A model generated the notes under the pieces. The model worked only from the letters and a program-made list of their open reading frames with translations. It made no database searches and had not been told where the DNA came from. Position numbers and translations under genes: made by a program. Positions 1-18,697 of a stretch of DNA of 64,000 bases are shown one piece after another. The stretch is taken from NCBI RefSeq assembly GCF_009914755.1, contig NC_060938.1, one strand, 5' to 3'. Origin of the DNA: the human T2T-CHM13v2.0 reference genome, Homo sapiens. Numbering within the stretch: position 1 is the stretch's first letter; each line of letters opens with the position of its first letter.

Positions 1-836
1 AGTAGCAGGCCAACAGCTGCTTCTCAAAGAGTATAAGCTTTGCCAGCCTCTGGCAGCTTCTGGGTCTAAAACTCCAAAGGTATCTTCTTCCCATCTTGTT
101 TCTACCTAAGGCTCCAATTAGCATGTTGATGTAGGACAGTTACTTGCAGTTCTGTTGACTCATCCTATAAGGGCCATAGATCCAGGGCCAGTTGCTCCGC
201 TTGTTTTGCTTCTTGAAAAGCCACGCTGTCTTTCTCTCTCCAGTGATATTCATAGTGTTTTCTAGTGACTGCATGCAGAGGTTGTAATATGTTACCCAAC
301 TGGGGAATATGATGTCTCCAGAATCCAAACAAGCCAATACAATTTTGGACCTCCTTTTCAGTGGTAGGGCTGCAAATTCTAGTATTTTAGCGTTAGCCTT
401 TGGTAAAATGGACTGTTTCCCTGCAGTCCATAGGATGCCAAAGAACTTTACACTTTGTGCAGGCCATTGAATTTTATTAGAGTTAACTTCCCATCCTTGA
501 GATAGGATTTGGGTTTTTACCCTCTTCTGCCCTGAAAACTGACTAGTTATTCAGTTTTACCCTGACTGGGCAACTCGGACAGCTGCTTTTTCAGCAATAG
601 GCTGATAGCTTTGAGCCTGATCAGTGAAGACAGGCCTGGCATAGTACCAGGACCAGTCTGGAAGTCAGATTAAAATTTTCCTTTTCCAGCTTACATTTCT
701 CTTGTAACAACCAGTCCCTATATTGACACTTTAACTTATAAGCAGTAAGCAAGCATCATCAATGCTGGGAAATTCCCTCAGCATTACAATTACCAACTGG
801 GACTCCCTGCTGCACCTCACACACAGCCAGTGATTC
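1..836 (-). mobile_element. Degenerate, internally deleted class III ERV internal region (HERV-S/HERVL18-like) with pol RT-connection/RNase H remnant; runs off window start
   Basis: The minus strand over ~500 to 1 reads GWEVNSNKIQWPAQSVKFFGILW...IGLFGFWRHHIPQLG...FEKQLLACY with stops and frameshifts, which are ERVL-type pol motifs. It adjoins an LTR18-like LTR. Confidence 0.8.
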
Positions 837-1346
837 AAACAAACTTTATCCCACTTAAATGGCAATGCAGATATAATAAGCAAATATATAAGCAAGTTGC
901 AATGCAACGGGGAGAAGGGAAAAGATATATATATATATATATATTTAAACTCACCAAACTATGGAGGATTCACCACGAGACTGTGAAGCAACAGCCTGGG
1001 CTCCAGATTGGCCACTCATCCGTCCACAGACAACGTGAGATCTCATGAAGCTTTGGCGCAGTCTGGAACCCCAGCTCTTTTTATAATGAGTTATTTGGCA
1101 TGAAGTCCGGTCAGGAAGGCTCTTCACAACGGGGCTCAAGGAACACAAAAAGGTCAACTTGTTTTTTTGATTGTCTATTGTTTTTCAATAACTAAGATAT
1201 AGGAATAAATTGAAATAGAGATTTATCTGAAACAGCGCTGGATGAAGGCTTCAAGGGGCTCACACAACCTGTTCCGGGACTTGGTGACCATTGTTTGAGT
1301 CCATGTTCAATTGAGTTCAAATTTAATATTTACCTTTTACTCCACA
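837..1346 (-). mobile_element. LTR18-like 5' LTR, 3' (U5) end deleted
   Basis: On - it starts TGTGGAGTAAAAGGTAAATATTAAATTTGAACTC. It is clearly homologous to the LTRs at 26818 and 30837 and contains (TA)n at ~925-944. Confidence 0.8.
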
Positions 1347-1484
1347 AAGTGTCAAAAGTAATTCCTTCAAATGCAGGAAATTATGTAGCTACTCACAAAC
1401 TAAACTTCTCAAACAAAAGTCATAAATAGAGTACAGAGATAAAAAATAAAATAAAATCTAACTACATCTGTCTACAGGGGATTC

Positions 1485-1617
1485 AATTTATTTATTTATT
1501 TATTTATTTTAGAGACATGGTATTGCTTTGTTTCCCAGGCTGGTCTCAAACTTCTGGGCTCAAGTTAACCTCCCACCTCAATCTCCTAAAATGCTTGGAT
1601 GACAGATATGAGCCATC
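1485..1617 (-). mobile_element. Alu monomer (FLAM/AluJ-like)
   Basis: (TTTA)n tail followed by antisense Alu left-arm sequence. Confidence 0.8.
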
Positions 1618-2191
1618 TTACTATATAGTAACAAAAACAGACTAAAAGTGGCAAGATGCATCAAAACAATTTTATGCAAATCGTAATGAAATGAAGACAA
1701 TGTCATGAGCACATTATGCAAAATACTTTTTAAATAACTGTCTTAGTTTATAAAATAAACTATAAGTTAAAACTGTCAAAGAAAACAAAGGACAAAATAA
1801 TAAAAAAGTTTATTCACTGGAAACCTAGGAAAATTATATACATTTATATAATACACGTTTATATAATTGTGTGTATTTATCTAATTATGTATACAGACAC
1901 ACATATATATGAACCTCACATGAAGATTTTAAAATAAATCAATAATATTTTGTCAGAACATAAACAAAAAACTGCAATATACTGAGAACAATATTTTAAT
2001 ACACCAGTTCTGTAATTAATAATAAAGCCAGAGAGAATGTTAAAAAGAAAACAGAGGACATGAAAATAATGTAAAACAGTTAGATGTAACAGATGCATAG
2101 AGATCACTCTACACAACAACAAAACTCACAGTCTTGTCAAAAGCTCATAAAACATTGTCCTAAAAATAAATATAAGGAAAAAAATTTTTTA

Positions 2192-5113
2192 ACAGAATTA
2201 AAAAAAATTGAATATTACAGAAAACACTTCAAAAAATCAATCAACCCAGGAGCCGGTTTTTTGAAAAGATTAACAAAATAGATAGAGCACTAGTAAGACA
2301 AATAAAGGAGAAAAGAGAGAAGAATCAAAGAGACGCAATAAAAAACGACAAAGGGGATATCACCACCAAACCCACAGAAATACAAACTACCATCAGAGAA
2401 TACTATAAACACCTCTACGGAAATAAAGTGGAAAACCTAGAAGAAATTGATAAATTCCTGGAAACATCCACACCTCCAAGACTAAACGAGGAAGAAGTTG
2501 AATCTCTGAGTAGACCAATAGCAGATTCTGAAATTGAGGCAATAATTAATAGCTTACGAACCAAAAAAAGTCCAGGACCAGATGAATTCACAACTGAATT
2601 CTACCAGAGGTACAAAGAGGAGCTGCTACCATCCCTTCTGAAACTATTCGAATCAAGAGAAAAAGAGGGAATCTTCCTTAACTCATTTTATGAGGTCAGC
2701 ATCATCCTGATACCAAAGCCTGGCAGAAGCACAACAAAAAAACAATATCCCTGATGAACATCAATGCAAACATCCTCAATAAAATGCTGACAAACCAAAT
2801 CCAGCAGCACATCCAAAAGCTTACCCACCACGATCAATTCAGCTTCATCCCTGGGATGCAAGCCTGGTTCAACATATGCAAATCAATAAACATAATTCAT
2901 CACATAAACAGAACCAATGACAAAAATCTCATGACTATCTCAATGGATGCAGAAAAGGCCTTCAACAAAACTCAACAGCCTTTCATGATAAAAACTCTAA
3001 ATAAACTAGGTATTGATGGAACACATCTGAAAATAATAAGAGCTATTTATGACAAACCCAGAGCCAATATCATGCAGAATGGGCAAAACCTGGAAGCATT
3101 CCCTTTGAAAACCAGCACAAGACAACGATTCCCTCTCTCACCGCTCCCACTCAACATAGTATTGGAAGTTCTGGCCAGGGCCATCAGGCAAGAGAAAGAA
3201 ATAAAGGACATTCGATTAGGAAAAAGAGGAAGCCAAATTGTCTCTGTTTGCAGATGACATGATTGTATATTTAGAAAACCCCATTGTCTCAGCCCAAAAT
3301 CTCCTTAAATCTGATAAGCAACTTCAGCAAAGTCTCAGGATACAAAATAATATGCAAAAATCACAAGTATTTCCATACACCAATAACAGACGAACAGAGA
3401 GCCAAATTATGAGTGAACTCCCACTCAACAATTGCTACAAAGAGAATAAAATACCTAGGAATCCAACTTACAAGGGATGTGAAGGACATTTTCAAGGAGA
3501 ACTACAAACCACTGCTCCATGAAATAAAAGCGGACACAAACAAATGGAAGAACATTCCATGCTCCTGGAAAGGAAGAATCAATATCATGAAAATGACCAT
3601 GCTGCCCAAGATAACTTACAGATTCAATGCTATCCCCATCAAGCTACCACTGACTTTCTTCACAGAATTGGAAAAAACTACTTTGAAGTTCACATAGAAC
3701 CAAAAAACAGCCTGCATAGGCAAGAAAATCCTACACAAAAAGAGTAAAGCTGCAGGTATCACACTACCTGACTTCAATCTATACTACAGGTCTACAGTAA
3801 CCAAAACAGCATGGTACTGGTACCAAAACAGATATATAGAGCAATGGAAAGAAACAGAGGCCTCAGAAATACCATCACACATCTACAACCATTGGATCTT
3901 CGACAAATGTGACAAAAACAAACAATGGGGAAAGGATTCCTTATTTAATAAATGTTGCTGGGAAAAATGGCGAGCCATATGCAGAAAACTGAAACTGGAT
4001 TTCTTCCTTACACCCTATACATAAATTGACTCAAGATGGATTAAAGACTTAAATGTAAGACCCAAAACCATAAAAACCTAAGAGAAAACCTGAGCAATAC
4101 CATTCAGGACATAGGCATGGGCAAAGACTTCATGACTAAAACACCAAAAACAATGGCAACAAAAGCCAAAATAGACAAATGAAATCTAATTAAACTTAAA
4201 AGCTTCTACACAGCAAACGAAACTATCATTAGAGTGAACAGGCAACCTACAGAATGGGAGAAAATTTTTGCAATCTACCCATCTGACAAAGGACTCACAT
4301 CCAGAATCTACAAAGAATTTAAACAAATTTACAAGAAAAAAATGAGCAATCCCATCAAAAAGTGGGCAAAGGATATGAACAGACACTTCTCAAAAGAAGA
4401 CATTTATGTAACCAACAGACATGAAAAATTGCTCATCATCACTGGTCATCAGAGAAATGCAAATGAAAACCACAATGAGATACCATCTTACGCTAGTTAG
4501 AATGGGGATCATTAAAATGTCAGGAAACAACAGATGCTGGAGAGGACGTGGAAAAACAAAAACGCTTTTACACTGTGGGTTGGAGTGTAAATTAGTTCAA
4601 ACGCTGTGGAAGACAGTGTGGTAATTCCTCAAGTATCTACAACCAGAAATACCATTTGACCCAGCAATCCCATTACTGGGTATATATCCAAAGGATTATG
4701 AATCATGCTACTATAAAGACACATGCACACGTACGTTTATTGTGGCACTGTTCAGAATAGCAAAGTCTTGGAACCAACCCAAATGTCCATCAATGATAGA
4801 CTGGATTAAGAAATTGTGACACATATACACCATGGAATACTACGCAGCCTTAAAAAAGGATGAGTTCATGTCATTTGCAGGGACACGGATGAAGCTGGAA
4901 ACCATCATTCTCAGCAAACTATCACAAGGACAGAAAAACAAACACTGCATGTTTTCACTCATAGGTAGGAGTTAAACAATGAGAACACGTGGACACAGGA
5001 CAGGGAACATCAAACGCTAGTGCCTGTTTGGGGGTGGGGGGCTATGAAAGGGATAGCATTAGGAGAACACTTAATGTAAATGTTGAGTTGATGGGTGCAG
5101 CAAACCAACATGA
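2192..5113 (+). mobile_element. L1PA element (ORF2 RT/C-terminal region plus 3'UTR), truncated at both ends
   Basis: Frameshifted ORF2 fragments ([34 protein letters not shown]). The 3'UTR stops at CAGCAAACCAACATG with no poly(A). Confidence 0.95.
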
Positions 5114-5515
5114 GTAATGTTTATACAGGCAAATGAACAGAGAATTATGTTGGCAATAGACGTGTGGTTGATTCATATTTGACTGATTCATATTCAACTG
5201 TACACAGTTGAATATAGTCATAAAAAATTATAATATATAGGCAGAATCTAAAAACACAATTAAATAATGTAAGGCAGCCTATCCTAACAAGGAAATACAA
5301 GAATATATAATATTAGAAAATAAAATTAAATAAACATTAGCCTGTGAAATACCGAATAAAGAAAGCATGCAACGGAAGAAGACTCTTTCTAGATAACTAG
5401 CATGTTCAACCATAACTGGGCTCCCATAAAGAGCAGATTTTGAATTCTTAGCATATGGTTAGAGTAACAAAATTGCACAACAAATACATTATAATCTCCC
5501 ATAAAGAGCATTTAG

Positions 5516-6054
<539 letters not shown>

Positions 6055-7239
6055 TATAATTTATTTTTTTTAAAGCAAAGAAAAGCCTTACATTTTTACA
6101 TATGGGAACAACATGAATATTGTAAAATATGCTGTGGAAAACTACAATATAATAAGCAATTAGAAATAAATTATACTATCATTCAGATAAATGTTGAGGA
6201 AAGTAAATGGAAACACTAATGATAAGTTTTTCTATGCAGTGAACTTAGACACAAACTAAAACTTTTCTTAATGTGATGTGCATACTATCCAATTCACTTT
6301 TTATATAACACATAAATTCAAGTATGTTTTCTGAAACCCCTGAAGCTAAAGTTATAGGCTAATTTGACATACGTAAAAACAGGACAGGGAAAACGTACAG
6401 ATCACAGTCCCACTAAGCTTTATATAAGATTAATTAATAAAATAACTCATTAAGAAATAATGTAACAGTTAAGAATTTGTTCTATTCCTGGCATGTTTCT
6501 AAGTTTTTCTATGGATTAAGGTCTTTAAAAATTCTTTGAGATGAGTAGATACAATCAACTATTCCACAGGTGACATGTTTGGCATAGAGAGTTCACATTT
6601 CTAAGTTAGTTTCTACTAAGGGAAAGAAAACTTTTTGACCTACATTACCAGAGATGAAAAAAAGAATAAAGTGAAATAGAAGATTCAACTTTATCATATG
6701 TGCTGAGGTGCTTTGGGCTCTGATAAATTTTTTTTCTGATTTTTTTGCAGGAACACATTTGAAATCATAGGACTGAAAATTATGAGGAAGAAACATTTGT
6801 CCTTGGTGTTTCTGAAATATGTGAACCAAACCCCAATGCCTGCACTTTTGCTCTCACAAACTTCTGACATGAGGCACAGATTTTTACAAAACAGCTTAAC
6901 ATAGAAGTCTCACAAAATGTGCAGATTTCCTCAGATCCCAAAAACAATGGAAAAGCACTCAGACCACAAGAGCTTCATGGGAATAGCAGAAAGAAGAGGC
7001 GAACTTTGGCTGTCACTGTGAATGCCCTGGAATGTTAGTGGATGAACAGAGAAGCCTTACAAGATTTAAGAGCATAATAAGCATAGGGTAGGAAATTTCC
7101 ACCTGTGGCAGCAAAAGAAATAAATTTAGAATTTTCCAGAACCAATTTCTTTGAAGCAGAACTTCCAACACCACATTTTTAAGGTTTTCTCCTTGGCCTT
7201 TGCACCTCTCATCTTTGTTATTTGTTCATTCTTCCCTAT

Positions 7240-7304
7240 TGGGGTGTTGCCTATTATTCTCTCTCTTTTTACATTCCAAAGATATTTCCTTTACTGTAGG
7301 ACAG
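7240..7304 (-). pseudogene. Decayed KRAB-B exon of a ZNF91-subfamily-like KRAB zinc finger gene
   Basis: The minus strand reads VLQ*RKYLWNVKRERIIGNTP (compare [21 protein letters not shown]). The following sequence resembles the recalled ZNF91-family intron (...GATGAGAGGTGCAAAGGCCAAGGAG...). A KPDLV motif lies at ~7510-7525. Confidence 0.55.
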
Positions 7305-7324
7305 GGGCATCCACGGGAGACTAC

Positions 7325-7497
7325 AGCCATGAGTTCTTAGTTTCTGTTTCTGGTTGAGCCAGTAAGGCCCTTTCCTCATCCCCCTTTTCCACTTATCACT
7401 AGACACAGAACCCAAAAACCATTGCTGCAGGCTGCTAAAAACCTAAAACAAAACAGAGCCATAACAAAAACAAAACAAGGCGGGTTGGAAAAGCTTG
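7325..7497. mobile_element. Short interspersed repeat fragment (MER93-like)
   Basis: Resembles a recalled MER fragment common in ZNF clusters (CTTATCACTAGACACAGAA...CAGGCTGCTAAAAACCTAAAACAAAACAG). Confidence 0.45.
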
Positions 7498-8201
7498 CTG
7501 TACGAGGCAACCAGGTCTGGCTTATATTCACCACATCCCTTCTTCTTTCCCAGAACAGCAATTGGGCTCAAGAGAAAACGTCCAACTTTTAGTATATCCC
7601 TCAGTGTAGAATGAGAACAGTGGAACATATGTTCAAAGGTTTGGCTTTGTGGGCTACCGCTGATGACTAGATTCTGTCTCCCCAAACAGGGAATGCTAAA
7701 GGAAATGGCAGAGTAATGAGAATGATAACTTATGACTGCTGAGAAGAGAAGTTACATGCTTACCACAGCCTCAGAGAAACAAACACTACAATCAACTGCG
7801 GAAGCAAAGGACCACAGTGTCTGGAAAACAATGGGAAAAAATATCTTTACCTTAAAAATACACACACAAGCCCAGAGAAGACACATTGAAGACACTGTTA
7901 ATGAAGTACCAGGATGTACAGCCTCACTGATTGTTGTATTATCTTGTAGTAAGCAAGTTTGTACATACTACATTACACAGTTGTTTTATAAATTTCTGAA
8001 TCTCATCAAAAGATTGCAGGGCATACAGAAAAGGACGAAAACATGTCCCAATTGAAGAAATAAAATAAACCTACAAATATTGACCTTTAAAAATCTTTGT
8101 TGACTTTTAAAGGTCAAAATTTGTAGGTTTATTCTTTGTTGTTGTTGTTTTTGCATTATATAATTTTAAAAATCAAAATAATTATCAAAGCTCCTTAATG
8201 A

Positions 8202-11124
<2,923 letters not shown>

Positions 11125-12384
11125 AAAACTGCTTAATGAACAAAAACAGAACATAGACAACAAAAGAATATTAGAAGAAGTGATACATAAAGAAAATGAG
11201 ATATCAATAAAAAGATTTTTAAAAACCAACAATTGTGAATCTGAAGAACATAATAGCTATATTAAAAATTTAATCAACAGTCACAAAAGCAGACTAATAA
11301 AGGAGAAAAAATTACACAATTGATGACATTGTAGTTATAAATATTGAGTGATGAAAACAAATTTTTTAAGCAGAATGTAGGAAAAAGTATGGGAAGTACT
11401 GCACATGGTCAAGTGGACCATTATATTTATGAAAGGAGTCTTACAAAAACAATATAGGAGAAAAGTAATAAAGAGGTTATTTTTAAAAAGTAGCTGAGAA
11501 ATCCCCACATGGCAAGATAATTAAACAAGAAGAAATACTTCCAAACAAAAACCTTCAACTGGAGTAATATCACTTCAGAAATAAAAAAACTAAACCTTTC
11601 CAAATAAATAAAAGTTGATTGTGTTACTAACCACTAGAACAGTCCTAAAGGAAGTGTAAAAGAGTCTATCACGTCCAAAAATGAAATGATGCTGCAGAGC
11701 ATCATAACAGCACATGAAAATAGAAAGCTCTCTATTAAAGGTAAATATATAAACAGGTAAAGAAATCTCTACTGTCATAATCATGGTGCACAAAACTTTC
11801 AAAATATTGCCATGGAGTTTAAAACATGAGGCAGAAATCTGCATAAATTTGTGATCATAGACCATAAGGAAAGATAATATGCGATATTAATAAAACAGTG
11901 GGGGTGTCAAGAGGTACAACTTTGCATTCAGTTGAAATATAGTTGTTCTATACTGTCATAACTTTAAGATGATTTATGAAGTCTTTATTTCTCAGGATGA
12001 TTACCAAAAAAAACCTGTAGAATGTATGCAAAGGCAAATGAGAAAGAAATTCAATCACGTCACTACAAAATCAACAAACAGAAATAAAGCAGTAAGAGAA
12101 AAAATGATAAATAACACATCTACAAGAAACACAGAAGACAATTACAAATAATAAAGTAACTTCATTAAATGCAGTAATTACTTCAAATATAAAAAGTTAA
12201 ATACCTTAAAGAAAATTAATAAATAATTTAATGGATTAAGAACAAAGAAGATCCAGCAATTTGCTCTCTACAAGAGTCACTTCAGCTCTAAGGACTCAAA
12301 TAAGTTGAAAGTAACAGTATAAAGAAAATATATTTTATTCAAAGAGTAGCTAAAATTGGAGGGCCATGGTCATAATTATACTAA

Positions 12385-12772
<388 letters not shown>

Positions 12773-12905
12773 TAACTTTCCAGGAATCTATAACAATAAT
12801 TTATAAATCATATATATATAATTTGAAAAATCTGCAAAAATATACCACTGAGATTTTGACAAAAATTACATTAAATTTTTGTATTACTATAAATAGCACT
12901 GACAT

Positions 12906-13027
12906 CTTTCTTTCTTTTTTTTTTTTTAGAGACAGAGTTTCTTTCTCTCTGGCTGGAGGGCAGTGGCATGATCTCTCGATAGGCTCACTTCAACCTCCTC
13001 CTCCCAGGTTCAACTGATTCTCGTCTT
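12906..13027 (-). mobile_element. Alu right-arm fragment
   Basis: Poly-T followed by partial antisense Alu. Confidence 0.8.
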
Positions 13028-13422
13028 TCAAATATGTAAAACAAATATTGACAGAAGTCAAGCAAGAAATACATAGCAACACAACAATGGTGGACTTCAA
13101 GACTCCACTTTCAGTAATGACTAGAATAGTCAGAAGTAATATCAGTAAGAAAGCCAAACCTGAACATTATAGACCCAACCAGCATTTACAGAACTCTCCA
13201 ATTTAAAGGAGCAAAATCTGCAATATTCTAAATCACACATGGTACATTCTGTTAGGATACATGTCTTATTAAATTTAAGAAAACTGAAGCCATACAATGT
13301 AAATGAAACTAGAATTCAAAAGCAAGAAAATGTGGCAAATATGTAAATAAGAGGAAATTAAGCAAAATCTTTCATATAGTCTTGCTCAAGTGTCAGGTGA
13401 TTTAATATTGTTAAGATGTCAG

Positions 13423-13722
13423 GGCCGGCATGAGGCTCATGCCTGTAATCCTAGGACTTTGGGAGGCCAAAGTGGGTGGATCACTTGAGATCAGAAGTTT
13501 GAGACTAGCCTAGTGAATATGGCAAAACCCTATCTCTACTAAAAATACAAAAGTTAGCTAGACGTGATGGTGCACGACTGCAATCCCAGCTACTCTGGTG
13601 GCTGAGACTGGAGAATTGCTTGAACCTGGGAAGCGGAGCCTGCAGTGAGCACATCTCGCACCCCTGCCCTTCAGCCTGAGTGACTCACTAAAACTCCATC
13701 TCCAAAAAAAAAAAAAAAAAAA
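13423..13722 (+). mobile_element. AluS full length
   Basis: GGCCGG start, dimeric structure, poly-A tail. Confidence 0.92.
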
Positions 13723-14381
13723 TGTTGTCAGTACTACTCATGATGATATAAAAATGTAAGGTAATTTTTGTCAAAATCCCAATGGTATTTTTTTTGCAGA
13801 ATTTTTGTGTATAATTCTAAACGTTGCTTAGGACAGGTGACTAGCCAAACACCCTTTAAAAAGAACAAAGAGGTATTACATTTTCTGATTCAAAATCATG
13901 ATACAAAGCTACAAAAATAAAAACAATGTGGTATTGCCACAAAAACAGATACATAGATGACGAAACAGAATAGAGATCCCAGAAATAAACCCTTGCATAT
14001 GTGATAAAATAATCTTCCGTAAGCTTTCCATGACCACACAATAGAAAAATAAGAATCCATTTAACAAAGAGTTTTCCAAATTGAATATTTACAGAGAAAA
14101 AAATAAAGTTGGATGCTTCCTTTGTATCATATATAAAAAGAAAAGTTTTTAAAATGAATTCAATACTTAAACATAAAACCTAATAAAATTCTTAGAAGTA
14201 AACATAAGGGAAAAGTTTATGACATAAGTCTTAAAACTCTTTCCTTAAGTTTGACATCAAATTCATAAGCAACAAGGAAAAGAACAACGACCAAGAAAAG
14301 GGACTACATTAAGCTTCAACTATTCTACACATCAAATAAAACATTTAGTGCCATACAAACGTCACCTAATAAGTGGGTGAA

Positions 14382-14500
14382 AGCTAGGCATGGTGTCTCA
14401 TGCCTTTAATTCTACAACTTTAGGAGGCCAAGGCAGAACAATCACTTGAGACCAAAAGTTTGAGACTAGCCATGAAAACATAGCAAGACCCTGTCTTGTA
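14382..14500 (+). mobile_element. Alu monomer (FLAM-like)
   Basis: Left-arm Alu sequence only. Confidence 0.75.
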
Positions 14501-15680
14501 TAGGGTTATATATATGCATACATACATACATATAACTAAAAAGAGTAAAAATATTTTCTAATCACATATTTGGTAGGTGTTAATTTTCAAAATATATAAA
14601 TTCCTAAAACTCAACAACAAAAAAAGTTAATAACTTGATTTAGAATGGCACATGTTTGAAATGACTTTCTCCAAAGAAGACATAGAAATGACTAGGCATT
14701 TAAAAGGATACTCGACAACTCTCTTCTAGAAAAATACAAAGAAAAGTCACAATAATCTATCACATCAAACCTATTTTTAAAATAGTATGAAAGCTCTTCA
14801 AAAAATTTAAAATGAGATTATTATACAATCCAGCAAACCCCATTCTGGCTATGTATTTAAAATATACAACACATGATCCGGAAGAGATATTTGCACACCC
14901 AAATTTATTGCAGCATTACTAACACAAGCCAAAAGGCAGAAACAACCCAGCTGTCCCTTGACCAATGAAGAGATTAACAACAAGTGGCACATACACAAAG
15001 TCGAATATTATTCAGTCTTTAAAAAGTCACATTATATGATTATTCTTGAGAATATCACGTTAACTGAAATAAGCCAGGAACAAAGTGACAGTCTATGATT
15101 CCATTCATAATCAGGTATCTTAAGTAGACAAACTCATAGAAAAAAAAAGTTAGAATGGTGTTTGTCAAGGACTGAAGAGATGGTAAAATGGGCAATTGTC
15201 TTAAAAGACATTTAATGTTAGTTTTGCAAGACATAGAAGTTCTACAGATCTTTTGCATAACTATGTGAATGTACTTAACGCTAATGAAATATACACTTAA
15301 AAAGAATTAAAATGGTAAATTTTACATTATGTGTTTTTACCACAATCGCAATTTTTAAAAGGAAAAATATGGACTTATAAAGCTTTCCAAAAATTAAATT
15401 TTGTTCACAAAAGATTTTCTCTCACACAAAGGAAGTATAGATTTATAATTAAACACATTGTGAAATTAAGATTATTTCAATGACTATTCATCCACACAAG
15501 ATAAGACAACCACTGAAAATCAGCCAAAAAATATGGAAGATAAGCCATGAGCAAAGTTGGGGACATATTTATAGAGACAAACACATATATAATTTAATTT
15601 TGAAAACGTATGACCGATTTATATTTTAATTAAACCCAACATTAGTTTCCTGAGTGAAATTTGGTTTTCAGTTTGGGCAA

Positions 15681-16242
15681 ATGAAGCCCTTTCTGTGGTT
15701 AAAAGGATTCTTTCTTCTCCGTTTCTTCATATGGACCTGTGCTGGGGATTGGTCAGCTGTTCAAGTGCAATGCACTCAGTTTTGGTTCTGTGCCAGGATT
15801 AAACCTACGATATTTCACATTTCATATATAAACCCCGATGAAGTGTTTCTAGGAGATGGCTGCCTCATAACCTATATTTTGCCAAATGTTTACTATGAAT
15901 TTCACCACCATCCTCTTGAAGGTGGTATTGTAACTAAAACTCTTCAGGACATTCTACTTAAAACTAAAATCACGTATATCTCAAGAAACTCCTTTCTGAT
16001 TTGAAATGCCTCTGTCATGTATTGTCTGCAATCAGCCTCCTCTTTAAAAGAAAGTAGAAAGGACAGATGAGGAAACTGATAGTGTTACTGCATGGGAGAC
16101 AGAGGTGAGGATACACATGGCGGATGAAAACATGGAAGTTATTTCTACAGCACGATCTTGTAAGTGTCTGACTGCTATGCTCCCTTGTATATCAAATGAT
16201 GTACCTTTATTGCAAGAGAAGATAGTGCGCTGTTTACCTTGA
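15681..16242 (+). pseudogene. OOSP1P: Processed pseudogene of oocyte-secreted protein 1 (OOSP1; PLAC1/OOSP family, signal peptide plus ZP-N domain)
   Basis: MKPFLWLKGFFLL...TCAGDWSAVQVQCTQFWFCARIKPTIFH...PDEVFLGDGC...LLKTKITYISRN matches recalled Oosp1. It is contiguous with no introns. A frameshift at ~15995 leads into FEMPLSCIVCNQ, followed by a stop. Confidence 0.85.
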
Positions 16243-16682
16243 CATTGAGAGGCAATTTTGAATCTCTGTCGTGATTGTTTAGGACTGAGGATTTAATGTG
16301 CTATTTTGTGGAAATCTTAGAAGCAGTAATGGGATTTAATGATCTTAACTATCATCCTTCTGAAAAATCTAACGCGATTTTAAATAAAATGGCCGGCTGC
16401 TTCCACCGTTCCCTTTTTAAACCAGGAGCTGCCGTTGCTTTTAACATTACGAAGTTGAATCTATGAATAGTTTGTACTATTAACATTTTTTTAAAAATCC
16501 ACATTGACTTGAAGTGTACAGGCAGAGTTGGAAATTATAACATCCAAAGTTATAATACATAAGTAAAACCCAAAATAAAATCAACTGCTGCCCTGGAACC
16601 TATTATAAATAATCGAGACAGTAATATGGAATTGTAAAGAAAAATAAGAAACATATTTACTCATAAAATCTTGCAAGCAAAG

Positions 16683-16840
16683 TTTTTTTCTTTTTTTGAG
16701 ACAGAGTCTCACTCTGTCACCCAAGCTGAAGTGCAGTGGCGAGACGACGGCTCATTTCAACCTCCGCCTCCTGAGTTCAAACCATTCTCCTGCCTCAGCC
16801 TTCACTGAGATTACAAGCACCTGCTACCAGACCAGGCTAC
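16683..16840 (-). mobile_element. Alu right-arm fragment
   Basis: Poly-T followed by antisense Alu right monomer. Confidence 0.85.
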
Positions 16841-17104
16841 CTTGCATATAAACTTGATATATCATTTATGAAAATACTTTTTAGATAACTAAAATATTCT
16901 ACTGTGACTGTGCATTCATGAAGTTCGGGTATCTTGAATCATTGGCATGCAGTGTGTGACAGTAAAATTTCACAGAAAATACACTGTAACCATTAATAAA
17001 AGGCCCTAATAAGAGAATTTTAATGCATAAGAATTGAAAAGACACCATAAATAATTTCCGTTGTATTTTTAATACACTGATGCTATTCTTACACAAAGTA
17101 AAAA

Positions 17105-17561
17105 GGCTGGGTAAGTTGTGGTGGCTCACACCTGTAATTCCAGCAATTTGGGAGGCCGAGGTAGCAGATTGCTTAAGCACAAGAGTTCACAACATGCCTG
17201 GGCAGGATAGGGAGACCCTGTCTCTGCAAATAATAATAAACAGCCAAGTGTGTTAATACACATTTGTGGTCCCATCTGCTCAGGAGGCTGAGGCAGGAGA
17301 ATTGCCTGAGCCTGAGTGGTCAAGGCTAGAGTGAGCTGTGATTATGCATTGCATTCCAGCCCAGGTGACACAGTGAGACCCTGTTTAAAGAAAAAAACAA
17401 ACAAAAACTAAAAATTAACCAGGAGTAGTGGCATGCACCTGTACTCCCAGCTACTTCAGAAGCTGAAGTTAGAAAATCATTTGAGCCTGAGAGTTTGAGT
17501 CTGCAGTGAGCCATAATTGAGCTACTGAACTCCAGTCTGTGTGACAGAGCAAGGCCTTGTC
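17105..17561 (+). mobile_element. AluJ dimer plus an additional right monomer
   Basis: Divergent Alu at 17105-17400 followed by a second right arm at ~17410-17561. Confidence 0.85.
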
Positions 17562-17605
17562 ATAGATAGATAGATGATAGATGATAGATAGATAGATAGA
17601 TAGAT
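17562..17605 (+). repeat. (GATA)n microsatellite at the Alu tail
   Basis: ATAGATAGATAGATGATAGATGATAGATAGATAG... Confidence 0.95.
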
Positions 17606-17699
17606 GGAATACACCTGGAGAAAGAGTAAATTTTAATGTAGTGTGATGTAATTTTTAAAATAAACTTTATGTGTGTATCACTTAGAAATTTATAGAACA

Positions 17700-17996
17700 G
17701 GCCGGGGGCGGTGGCTCACGCCTCTAATCCCAGCACTCTGAGAAGACGAAGTGGGCAGATCAGGGGGCCGGATATCGAGACCAAGACCATCCTGGCTAAC
17801 ACGGTGAAACCCTGTCTCTACTAAAAATACAAAAAATTAGCCGGGTGTGGTGGCGGGCAACTCTAGTCTCAGCTACTCGGGAGGCTGAGGCAGGAGAATG
17901 GCGTGAAACCGGGAGGCAGAGCTTGCAGTGAGCCGGGATCGCGCCGCTGCACTCCAGCCTGGACAACAGAGCGAGAGTCTGTCTCGAAAAAAAAAG
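17700..17996 (+). mobile_element. AluY
   Basis: CpG-rich Alu with TSD AGAAATTTATA(G/C)AAC at 17684 and 17995. Confidence 0.93.
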
Positions 17997-18107
17997 AAAT
18001 TTATACAACTTAGCCAGAAGAATAAAAAACAACCTCTTAACAGTTTTTTCAAATAAAAAAAGTGAGTTTGAAGAGAAGGGAATAAAGGGGACTTTCAGTT
18101 TAATGTG

Positions 18108-18697
<590 letters not shown>

